The notes under the pieces are model-generated. The model was not told the DNA's origin, did no database searches, and saw only the letters and a program-made list of their open reading frames with translations. From Hydrurus foetidus (lineage: Eukaryota), in the NCBI GenBank assembly GCA_900617105.1, contig UYFQ01000341.1:1-48667 (forward strand): 48,667 nt of DNA, written 5' to 3'. The position numbers were made by a program, and so were the translations under genes. Positions 1-11,453 of this stretch are shown piece after piece (positions within the stretch are counted from its first letter, which is position 1; the number at the start of each line of letters is the position of its first letter).

Positions 1-3000
1 GTCTGATGGGAGAGGAGGATTGGAAGAGTTCTTGTTGGAGCTAAGAGTTGTACGTGTGTGTGGTATGGAGGGGAGGAGGGTAAGGGTCGGTGTTGAGGTG
101 AGTGGCAGGAGAGATGTGTCATTGATGACAGACACATTAGGGACTATGGGTCTGTCGATTCCAGATACATTTGAATATGAATTTGAATTGGTGTTAGTAG
201 TTGGAACTGTAAAATAAGCAGCGGTATTATCACGCCATAAAGCACGGTAAAAGTCAAATTTCCGTATATATTTTCCCTGTGCATTTCTATACGGGGAGTA
301 GCCGAATTTTAACGGAACATTTTCCTTATATTGGTGGGGTGAAAGGGATGAAAAAAGCTCCGTTATAATGAGAGATAAATCGTAGATTATGAGCATGCCG
401 TCATCAGTGCCGCATATAACCGTAACTGGCGGTACTATACGGTGTAATGTGGAGTGAGGAATTCTTTTCTGGCGCGCAGCGCTTTGTGTGGCTTTTCTCG
501 CTGTGCAATTTTTATCGTCAACCAGTGCACTAGGGGGTACTAAGAGACCCCCCTGTGCTAGCATTTGTGGCTGTGACTGTGTTTGTGTTTGTCCCTGCAT
601 TGGCACTTGCGTGTTTCCCTGCATTTCTGTTTTTTGTCCCCCCTGTCCCTGTCCCTGTCCCTGTCCTCCTTTCTCTCCTCCTCCTTCTTTCTCTCTTCCT
701 CTCTCACTCCCATTGCTATCCACTCCATCTACACCACTCACTCCTTCAACTTCAACTTCAAGATCATCTTTCTCCTTCTCCCCTTCCATGTGTATCTCCA
801 TATTGTCAGAGAGAAGTTTCAGAGAACACAGTCTGCGAACGGACAAGTTGAAGTTATCTTTCGTACAGTTCTGAAGCATTTCTGCATGCAAGAATATGCT
901 TTTTTCAAATGACGTCTCTCTTTTTTTCATCGAATCCGAGGAGAGAGAAGGAGAGGAAGAGGAGAAAGAGATAGAGGAGGAAGAGGAGAAGGAGGAGGAG
1001 GAGGAAGGACGAGACATTGTGACATCTAATATTGATGATGACAGAGCTGAGGAGGAGGAGGAAGAAGAAGATGTTGTATAATTGGAGCTTCCGTGCTCAT
1101 CTCTCATCAATGGTGGAAAGGAAGAGGGGGCGGGAGCGAGAGAGGGAGGTTCAGTTGGAGCTGCTACCTCTCCCACATACACAGCCATGACTCGAACCTT
1201 TCTCTGACCCTTGATGAATTCTCGTGACTGTCTGTACGTGAGTTGTTTGGTGTTCTTATCCGCCTCTTCCTCTTCCTCTTCTTCTTCCTCCTCCTCCTCC
1301 TCTCCTTCCTCTTCCTCTTCCTCTTCCTCTCCTTCTTCTTCCGCACTTCCATCCTCATCCTCATTTTCTTCATCCCCTCCTTGTTGTTCTTCTTCGCCTC
1401 TTGAACTTTTACCATTCCCTGTACTCCTACCATATTTGGTTGTCGCTTCCGCGGCATACATCTCCCTCTCCCTCTCCCTCTCCCTTTCACTGTCATCTAA
1501 AAATAGTGTGTCATAACTGGCACTATATCTACTCTCATCTCTACCTCGACTGGTCAGATATCGACCACTCACTACCTCATCCTCTCTCTCCATTACCACT
1601 ATCTGAGATGTGATATCATCGCCATTGCTATCCGCTCTCATCTTCATCATTTCATCCGCGACATTTGACATGTCATAACCACCTTGGATTTCGGAGAACC
1701 TATCTACTGACATACTGGGTAACATTTTGTCATCAGTATTGCTCAAACTTCTCAAGCCTTTTTCTGCTACTCTCCCACTTGATAACTTCATATTTTCTCG
1801 ACTCTGTAATCCTCTCACATTCTCTACCTCTACTTCTTCTTTCTCTCCTCTTTTCTTCTTTTTCTCTTCCACCTCTCTCCCTTTTTTATTTTCTCTCTCT
1901 GCACATTTCTTAGAACCATCATCTCTACCATTTAATTGCAGCAACACATCACTCCTCACATCACCTTTTAGTGCTGTCAAAGAATTTGATTGTTGCACGG
2001 ATATCCGTACGGACAAAGATGACGTATTGGGATCGTGGATCAGATTCCTGGAATCTACGTAGAAATTCATCTCTTGTAATTTCCTCTCAGTATTTTGATT
2101 TTGATTTCCAGTGTTGTCCGTTACTCGTGGCGACTTTGATTCTGTAATGCGCTTCTTTCTTCCAAGTGGTGTCACTTCGTTGCTGTCTCCTTCCCTCCCC
2201 TTCTCTTTACTTCCCTTTTTTATATCTCCCACTTCTTCATTCTCTTCAAGATCTTTTTTTCCTTTTTTCACGTCAATTCCTTTTGACACGAGAACGGGAC
2301 ATATTTTGCGACACTTCTTGCCCAGCGTCTCCACCGCCAAGCCGACAGGGACGAGGCAAAGACAACCCTTGATTGATGAAGAGACAAGCGAACGATCGGA
2401 TGGGAGATAGTAAGAGAGGGAGGGAGGGTAAAAGAGAGGGAGGGAGGAGAGGAGGGAGGAGGGAGGAGGAGGGAGGGAGGGAGGGAGGGGGGCCTAGATC
2501 CACAAGGAGAAAAAGTAAGTGAGCAACTCCTCTAGTTCCCTTGTGTAGTAAACTGCGTAACAACCTCATCTTATCCTATCTGATTTTATCCTGCTACACA
2601 CTGCTGTTATGACGGAGTCGTTGAGCACCTTACTGTCCGCTACTATGAGGACCGAGAACTCTTCCAGGAATTTGATTTGACAAATGCTCCCTCCCGTGCA
2701 GTTCTTGATAATGATGTCCGGTGAGAGATACTAGATTGTGTCGAAGAGACGGAAGGATGCAAAGAGAGGGGAGGAGAGATAGTGAGAGGGAGAGGGGGGG
2801 AGAAAGTGGGATTTAGGATTTAGGGAGAAGAAGGTGGATGAAGAGAGGGGAGTCGGGTGGTAGGAGAAGGGAGAGAAAAGAAGGGAGAGGAAATGGGGCG
2901 AGGTGGGAGGGAGAGAATGGGTGAGTATGAAGAGATGATACAAGAGTAAGATATGTGAGTAGAGAGGAGTGGAGGGCATTGGAAATACAATTGAGCGAAT

Positions 3001-6000
3001 GAGAGGTGGGAGATGGATGAGTGCGAGGAGAATGCAGTACAACACTGTACTATATCAGTCTACCTGATAACTCCACATAATCAAAACTGAGCAATATGGC
3101 TAATACCACTGACTAGACCAGACTACAGTCGACTGCACTATAGCAAACAATACTGTACCATACCATACCATACAATATTATCCTATCTTATCCTATCCTA
3201 TCGTATCATATCATATCATATCGTATCGTAACGTATCGTATCCTGTACTGTTTCAGTCTACCTGGTAGCTCCACACGATCAGCGTGTCGTCACTGTCGGC
3301 AGTTGCGATCAGCCCTAAAGGGTGGGAATAAGCAGCAGCAACGATGTCGCTGTCATGTCCTCTTGTGTCCCTACAAAAAGAAATAAAACAGATTAATAGC
3401 CATTGAAGAAAAAACAAAGAGAAAGAATGTGTTTTAGTATCGCATTACATCAACTCCTCATTATTAACAGTTCGTTCGCCTCTTTTTCATCTCATGTCAT
3501 TCCGCTTCCACCTTCTGACTTTCCATTTTCATTCGTTTCTCTTCTTCTCATATTTGTATGACCTCAGCTAAATCAAAAATTGTTAATTGCAATTATGTTG
3601 TCTCTCTCGCATATATTGCTGACCATATCGATTTACTGTTCACTGTCTATCTGTATACTCGTATATCTATTTTGGTACTCGGTCTGATCTATGTTGTGCG
3701 TTCTTAAATAATCCAATGCAATGCAATCCAATCCAATCCAATGCAATGCAATGCAATCCAATCCAATCCAATCCAATCCAATCCAATCCAATCCAATTCA
3801 ATGCAATTTAATACAATTCAATCCAATGCAATTCAATCCAATCCAATCCAATCCAATCCAACCCAATCCAATCCAATCCAATCCAATCCAATCCAATCCA
3901 ATCCAATCCAATCCAGGTAAACTAAATACAATGCATTCAACTCCGCCTCTTCTCCACCCTATCCTACTCTACCAAGTAACCAAACTCACCGCAGTAAAAA
4001 ATCCTCTGTGACTGCCACACTTCTATCATCCAGAACATAGATATCACCCAGTGATCCGATCACTATGACCGTCTTATCGGGACTATACATGAGCAGTTGC
4101 ACTGCTGTGGAGATGGGGGGGAAGGATTTCAGGAGGATGCCTGTGACGCAGTTGTAGATCGATATCACTCCAGCACTGTCTCCGACCACCACCTGATAGG
4201 GGGTGATAGTGAGAAGCGGTGCGATGCAAAGGAGTGCGATGTACATCAGTGCAGTGGGATAGAATGTAGTGTGGTATAGTGTGGTGTAGTGTAGTGTGGT
4301 GTAGTGTGATGGAATATGATGCAGAATCGTATAGGGGGTGAGAGTGCAAAGAGGTGAGGTGTGATGCGATGAAGTGAGATGTGGGATATTGCTATGTAGC
4401 ATGGTTCGGTAAGTGTGATGCAATGCAGCATAGTGAAGCGTAGTGTGGTGCACTGCAATGCAGCGAGGTGCCGTGAAGCGAAATGCAATATAGTGTGATG
4501 CAATGTAGTGCAATATATTGAAGAAACAATCCAGCACATATCTAAAGCATGATCAAGAGGAAAGATCATATGAGAGAATGCTCGACAAGAGCAATTTCTT
4601 TCATTTATTAAGTGAATGGAAAGTGAGGAAAGAAAGTGAATGCACGTTGCGAATGCATGAGGACGGTGGCGGGGAGATAATTAGCATTATTTAATAAGAA
4701 AAGAAAAGAAAAGAAAAGACAAGACAAGACAAGAAAAAGTAAAGAACGCATACAACTGAGAGATAGAAAACTCACACACACACGCACACAGAGTCACACA
4801 GTCAGTCTGTACTTTTCAATGCTACTAATTTGAAATACATCTGTCGATCTGAGAGTGGTGTCAGTATATTTGAAGGATGCGAGGAATGCAATGAAGTGTA
4901 GCGACGACAACACGCAGTGTAGCCACTCACATAGTCCGTCAGTCAAGATATCATACAGACAGTCACACTCACTCACTCACTCACTCACTCACTCACTCAC
5001 TCACTCACTCACTCACTCACTCACTCACTCACTCACTCACTCACTCACTCACTCACTCACTCACTCACTCACTCACTCACTCACTCACTCACTCACTCAC
5101 TCACAGTCACTGTTCCAGTACCTTTCTCTCTCTGTCGTCCAGCACAGCTGTGGTGATATCCACACTATTAGCCTCGCCGATGCCGTCAATGGTCTACGGA
5201 TAAAATGAAGAAAACACGTACGTACATTTCGTCACATGTGGTATGTAAGAGTTTGTTTGCTACATACAAATGAAGATATTTTCAGGATTGTGCTGTTTAT
5301 AGAAAGATTTGATGGCAACGTGAAAGATACTTGATACTCCGTAACAACTCATCGCAGCGCATCATACTTCATGAAATTACAAGTCATTATACGATATAAA
5401 ATGGTTTATTGTTTGTCAGATAAGATCGTGAAATAATGCGATACAATATGATATATGATGCAATACAACACGGAAAATAATGTATTACGATGCAATGCCA
5501 TGCAATACGAAATAACACACTAATAAGCGCACTAAATGGCACAATGTGACATCACACTAAATCACAAAATATCACACCACACCACACCACACCACACCAC
5601 ACCACACCACACCACACCACACCACACCACCACACCACCACACCACACCACACCACACAGCACAGCACCACCACAAGAGACCCTCACCTTGACTAAGTGT
5701 CCTGTATCGGAATGTCTGAACAAAATATCATGCACATGCACACACACAACAATCTGTAGCCTTGCACTGAAGAGCGCCATCAAGAGTGAAGATTGTTTCT
5801 TAGCGGTATCAGCTATGCGCAGTATTGATTGGTGCCTGCCAATTTTGGCAAAATTCGTGATTTGTGACCGCAATTCTGATGATAATGATGATCGTAATTA
5901 CAAGTAGTTCTATGGCTGCGACTGTAGTAGTTGTATTGATCATAACTGTAATCAATAACTATCATTCAATGATTATGCAGGTAGAATGATCGTATAGTAC

Positions 6001-9000
6001 GCTGCACTGCACTGAACCAGCTTTACTTTGCTTTACCTGCCAATAAGGTGCACAGACCATTGTAGGCGAGACACTCCACACCCGCTGTGTGACCCCGTCT
6101 GCGTAAGCGCAGTAAGTAAAGTGAGTACGAGTCGCAGCGCATTACGGGATAATCACATTGATGTATTCAATGATAAGATTTGAATTAAATTGGACTGCAT
6201 CGAATCCAAGCGTATCAAAATGATGTGAACAAAAAGTGGCGAGACTCGAGTGAATTGAATTTGAGTGGAATGATTTCCAACTGGAGGAGATGAATGATGG
6301 GAGTCAGGAGGTAGTGAATGATGTGAGAAATCATGATTCACAGTCAAAGAGGGACAAATAGGAGGGAGCGCTACATGAAGAAAAATCAGCAAAAGGAAGT
6401 CGAAATAGTTAAAATGGGTAATAATAGAACAGTATGATTATTCATCGGGAGAGAGATAGACATCACCGCAAAATACGGATACACAGAAGTGATCTCCTCC
6501 GACAAAAACATTTAATCCTTGCCTTTTGCCTTTCAAATTGAGCGTTGCAGCATCAAATACGAGGACATTTCCATCTAGTCCGCAACTGATCATGACAGAA
6601 AACTGTCGGTTATCAATTACCAACAAATCTCGACAGATATCTGTGTGTTTTGAAATTTGACTGATTTTAAAAAGTTTTAAATTGCTTTTAGTAGGAGATT
6701 CTGCTTTTATGGTCCAGACGTCTATGTGATTCGACGCCCCACAGGCGAACATTTGTAACGGTTCTTTGGGCGAGTCAAAAACACCGATTCTGGTGTAAAT
6801 CTGTGAAATGGGATATATTCCAAGTGACTCTATTGTGTCTGACGATATCTGCGATCTCGCCTGGAAGCGAAGCATTTCCAAACAAGAATCCGTACGAAGG
6901 AGAAGGAGAATGTCTTTTGAGCTGATAAATCCAATCTCTACAATTTCAGGTGAGGTGTTGTCGTTGTTTCGATTGTCTCTTGTTGATGGATTGTCGTGTA
7001 GATGAGAAGAATATTCTTTGTCGAGACTTTTTATTCCTAATGGAACGTTCGCCACACACGTCAGCCAAGAAGAAGCTTCTTCGTCTTCTTTGTGTATTTG
7101 TAACTCATTTCCGCTACCCACTGCTAGGCACCTTAGTTCAGGTATCCTCCTGTAATGTGATATGATGTCATATCATGTTCTATCATATCAACTTGTGTCA
7201 TGTCTTATCATCCCGTGTCATCGCATGTCATATAACGTCATGTTGTGTTGTATGGGGCTTCACAGTGCAGAGTGCAGTATGTCGATATTCAAGAGTACAA
7301 CATCAAATTCGTGGTATTCTTCTGTCATGCCATGTGATGCCACGTCATGCAATATTTCATATAGTATCATGTAATATTTTATATAGTATTGTGTGGTGTG
7401 ATGTGATGTCGTGTGATGTGATGTTGTGTGATGTGATGTCGTGTGATGTGATGTGTGATGTGATGTTATGTGATGTTGTGATGTGATGTGATGTGATGTG
7501 ATGTGATGTGATGTGATGTGATGTGATGTGATGTAATGTGATGTCGTGTGATGTGACGTGATAACCAATGATGTCGTGTGATGATGATGATGATGTGATG
7601 TAATGCCGTGTGGATGTAATGTTGTGATGTCGTGTGATGATGACATGATGTGATGCCGTGTGATGTGATGTCCTGTGATGTTATGATGTGTGATGTGATG
7701 TGATGTCATGCGATGTGATGTGATGTCATGCGATGTGCTGTGATGTGTGGAGAGTTAGTAAGAGAGGAAAGTTAGCTTGGTAGAGAGGAGAGGAGGAGAA
7801 TCGCAGGACAGAAATGATAAGAGCTAGAGAGTGAGGAGATAAGGCAGAAATGAATTGGTAAAGGAAATAAGAATGGAAGGAGGGAAGGAAATAAGTAGAG
7901 CAGAGAGAGAAAATGGAGGGTACAGTATGACGTTATCTATTGCCCCACGATCTATGATGAGTGATTCTTGAAGTGATGTCCAATATCATGGAACATCATA
8001 GAGTCAAAAAACGATATTAATTTTTCAGCACATCTAATTGAATCACATTAGGTGTAAAAGGTAAATATTTTGTATTTTGTATTCTGTAGTTTTTATTCCG
8101 TATTATGTATTCGTACCTGCAGCACTGAATCTTGGACATAGAAGACGCTTTTTGAATTGATTTTCTTTGCACTGTTTTTAGTTTTTCGCATACACGCGCA
8201 TAGCCTTCGTCGACCACTTCGTCTATTACGAACATAACAAACTCTGAGAAATCCACACCACCATCTCTGAAGAAAGTATAATAAGTAATTGAATAAATAA
8301 TTAAATGAATAAATAAATAAATAAATAAATAATAAATAAATAAACAAAACAATAAATAAAACAATAAAAAAATAAAGAAATGAATAATAAATAATAAATG
8401 TTAAGCGCTTGATGAGTTATGAAGAATAAGTGACAATATATAAATGTAAATAATTATGTTACATAATTCTAAATCATGTAACAATTCAATTAGTTAACGA
8501 AGAAATCGTTCTTTCATAAAATATAAAAATGTTTTACATTCTGTAATGCACTTTTTGTAGCGCCTAAGAATTGGATCAACATCAAAGTGATTGCTTCTCA
8601 CCCGTTGATATCCACTAGATCGAAGAAGTCTACTAGTTCTGACAATGTTTTGCGAAGATCAGGCATGGAGTCGATTTCCATCAGTGTTGAAAAAATCGTC
8701 AAAAACTGTTTAGAAAAAATGTGTGAACGATAAATATTAATTTGACGAGTATGAATATAATAGTGATAAAAATGGTAAAAAAAAGATATGGTGTGGTAGA
8801 GATAAACAAGTGAGATGAATAGGAATATGAGAAATAAAAATTAGAATTGAAAGTGGTTGATGAGTATGGTAGTGACGAATATGAGAGAGGAGTAAAAACG
8901 ATGATTAAGAAAGGAATGAATGTGATTTTAATAAATATATGCCATGAGTGAGTAATGGCTGAGGTTTATATCATTGCTGCGTCCTGTATCAGATTTCAAA

Positions 9001-9734
9001 TTAGGGATGTTGGCATCTTCTACTTGACAATCAATTCATAGATATAGAGAGAGAAATGAAAGAAACACATAGATTAACATACGTGACTAAATATTAGAAA
9101 TCGACCCGTAAATTAAAAAAGTTTATCACTGAATGTCTAGTCTCATACATGCACTGTTTGAGATTTGATCAATACATTCTCGCACAATTGACTGGCTGAT
9201 TCACAGACTAATTAATCATATGAAAGCCGTCCACTTCACAAAAAGAAACAGCAGATAATGTTGAACTTCGGTACTAAGTTCAATAAAACTACCGTTCAGT
9301 GACACCCTTAATTAATGGAATAGTAATAGAACAGTCAACTCAACGATTCAACAATTCAGCAATGCCTACAAGACAGAACAGTCACTGAACAATGTAACAA
9401 CGCTTTCAATGCATGTCCCTGTTTCTGCTATAATGGCATTTGCGACAGAGAAGAAGGCACATTTGGGAACAGAATTATAAAACTAGAAGCGTAGTGTTGT
9501 GTTGTTAAGTCCTAGTCGACTCTAGGGGTTATCTGGATATCATCAACGGTGGCTTTGGTTCTGTAAAGATTCGCCTCTCGAATTGATTCAACGTGGGTCC
9601 ATCATTAGAAATATGCAGAAGTTGATCACCTGAACCAAATTAAGTCCATCGTCTTCATCAAGAAACAGATCCCTCAATTTTGACAGGGCTGTCGTCGGAA
9701 ACCGAAACATAACAGATGAAACTGGTGAAGGCAT
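1..9734 (-). CDS. EF-hand and WD40-repeat protein, copy A plus gene body (3' end lies beyond the left edge; internally disrupted near 5840)
   Basis: Hand-spliced exons: 9734-9630 (MPSPVSSVMFRF...), 8705-8602, 8266-8117, 7149-6523, 6098-6037, ~5839-5688, 5193-5122, 4192-3990, 3370-3262, 2730-2629 and 2367-1 (no stop seen to the edge). The exon 2/3 join gives an EF-hand loop DINGDGGVDFSEF. WD-type segments: HTDICRDL..SCGLDGNVLVFD, GHTAGVECLAYNG, DITTAVLDDRERKVVVGDSAGVISIYN, GHDSDIVAAAYSHPLGLIATADSDDTLIVWS. Phases are consistent except across the 5840 junction. Confidence 0.8.
3708..3915. repeat. Intronic pentanucleotide microsatellite (AATCC/AATGC)n
   Basis: Directly visible tandem array; explains the spurious QSNPI ORF 3721..4011. 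Confidence 0.95.
4966..5104. repeat. Intronic tetranucleotide microsatellite (CACT)n
   Basis: Perfect tandem array just downstream of the donor at 5121; reads (TGAG)n on the sense strand. Confidence 0.97.
5573..5658. repeat. Intronic (CACAC/ACCAC)n microsatellite
   Basis: Visible pentamer array next to the donor at 5687. Confidence 0.9.
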
Positions 9735-10495
9735 TGCAATAATACGCTGCTGTCGCTGAATGATTCCACAGCCGAAGAGTCGATTCTAAAACTATTCACA
9801 TTCAACCCAAAGAAATTACTGCTGATCACCAGATTTGCGACTATCTCGAAAGAAATCGGCAGCTTGAATTTGCTTCAGAGTACACGAGGCTGACATTCAG
9901 AATGCTCGATCGATTTGCAAATGTACACCGTCGAAATTTGCAAAATACGGGAAGTCAATACAGAATATGATATGCCGCCTCTCGCAGATTGATCGAGAAC
10001 TTATTGGGAGAGGAAGAGACGATTGACAGTGGCATTAACATCATCAGTCAATCATTTGTCCAATCTCAATGTTCCAAGATCAAGTGAGGTGAAGAAGCTG
10101 TGAGATATTTTTTAGCTTTTTTGTTTTCACAGTCAGAAAGACGGAAATGAAATCAAAGAATCTGAAACTGCCCACTTGTGTACCCTCGCTGCTCTACTCC
10201 TCATTTTTTGAGAATGTTGGAAAGAGAAGCCAGAAGGCAAATTAGAGTCAATGGTGCAAGGCTTTGACACACTATGCTGACTGCTGAACGATTTCATTTA
10301 TATTTATCACATTCTGATTTATCAATTGACTTCGTTTCTCTTTTCTTCACTTTTCTACTTTCAATTATCCTATAATCTCAATTAAGTTTGTTAACATCAG
10401 ATTCAGATGGCAGCGTCAATAAAATCTTCCATCTTAAAACATCTCGATCATCGAGTAGTTATTATCAGTTAGTACCGTATCACTGCCAACACATC
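5840..10495. repeat. Segmental duplication, copy A (~4.65 kb: upstream region plus exons 1-5 of the EF-hand/WD40 gene)
   Basis: Near-identical to 11640-16185, from caattttggcaaaattcg to cactgccaacacatc. Differences are scattered SNPs, small indels and microsatellite length changes. Confidence 0.97.
7390..7750. repeat. Intronic (TGTGA)n degenerate microsatellite; counterpart at ~13175-13470
   Basis: Visible array; its length differs between the two duplicate copies. Confidence 0.9.
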
Positions 10496-10950
10496 TTGAG
10501 TGAGTGGGAGAGTGAGTGAGAGAGTGAGTGAGTGGGAGAGTGAGTGAGTGGGAGAGTGAGTGAGTGGGGAGGAGTGAGGAGGAGGAGGAGGAGAAGGAGG
10601 ATGAGTGGTGAGGGGAGAGGAGAGAGGAGGATCAAGTGGAGGATATGTTTAGGAGGAGGGGAGGAGAGAGGAGGAAGAGAGGAGATCAGGGAAGCAGAGA
10701 GAGAAGAGGAGGAGGATAGAGAAGAGGAGAGAGGAAAATAGAGAAGAAGAGGAGAGGAGAACATAGAGAAGAGAGAGGAGAACATAGAGAAGAGAAGAGG
10801 AGATGAGAAGATAGAGAAGAGAAGAGAAGAGGAGAGGAGAGGAGAGGAGAACATAGAGAAGAGAAGAGGAGAGGAGAAGAGGAGAGGAGAAGATAGAGAA
10901 GAGAAGAGAAGAGGAGAAGATAGAGGAGAGAAGAGAAGAGGAGAAGAGAG
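10496..10950. repeat. Purine-rich simple repeats (GAGT)n and (GAGAA/GAGGA)n
   Basis: Visible low-complexity tract, C/T-rich on the minus (sense) strand like the acceptor-proximal part of other introns here. Confidence 0.85.
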
Positions 10951-11144
10951 GTGTTGGAGATTCTGGAGGTGGGAAGAGTCTGGATGTAGATATTCACAAG
11001 AGAGGGTTGTTGCAGATTTGTGAAACATCTTTTTTGATGATTGCATCAGAATTCTCCATCTTCTGTGAGTTCGAATAAAAACTTGTGTAGTGTGGGTCGC
11101 ATACAGAAAAACAGACACGAAGTCTCTCCGGACAAAAGTGTTTT

Positions 11145-11217
11145 CACTCTAGTTGGGACTCGAACCCAAAACCTTCAGATTAGAAGTCTGACGCGCTATC
11201 CATTGCGCCACAAGAGC
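11145..11217 (-). tRNA. trnR-UCU: tRNA-Arg (anticodon UCU), intronless
   Basis: Reverse complement folds to a 73-nt cloverleaf: GCTCTTG TG GCGC AATGGATA GCGC G TCAGA CT TCT AA TCTGA AGGTT TTGGG TTCGAGT CCCAA CTAGAGT G. A and B boxes are present and a TTTT run follows a few nt downstream. One U6-U67 mismatch in the acceptor stem. Confidence 0.93.
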
Positions 11218-11453
11218 GCCGCTGATCGCTGATGGCCTACGGTCAAAATTATGCGATAGATACACCAAATGTATCTACCGCTTCAAACTCCCTTCGCTTT
11301 CATTTCACACACACGCTGACATCAAGGACGGCGGTGGTGGGAACATGTCAGTTGTCTTCTCGTTCAACTACTACCAACTGTACTGTGTTACAAACATCTT
11401 GAAGAGCGCTATCGACACTACCTCATCTCTACCTTCCACTACCTCTCACTCAC

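Noticed and set aside
488..2410. Many Ser/Leu/Pro-rich plus-strand ORFs
   Set aside because: Antisense shadows of the long purine-rich minus-strand exon.
10075..10090. AAGATCAAGTG resembling U2 snRNA; also gcctacggtca near 11235 resembling a 5S rRNA start
   Set aside because: Matches are only ~10 nt and do not extend.
11040..11065. Candidate exon 7 after cacag (would read EDGEF)
   Set aside because: An in-frame TGA follows within five codons and there is no suitable donor.
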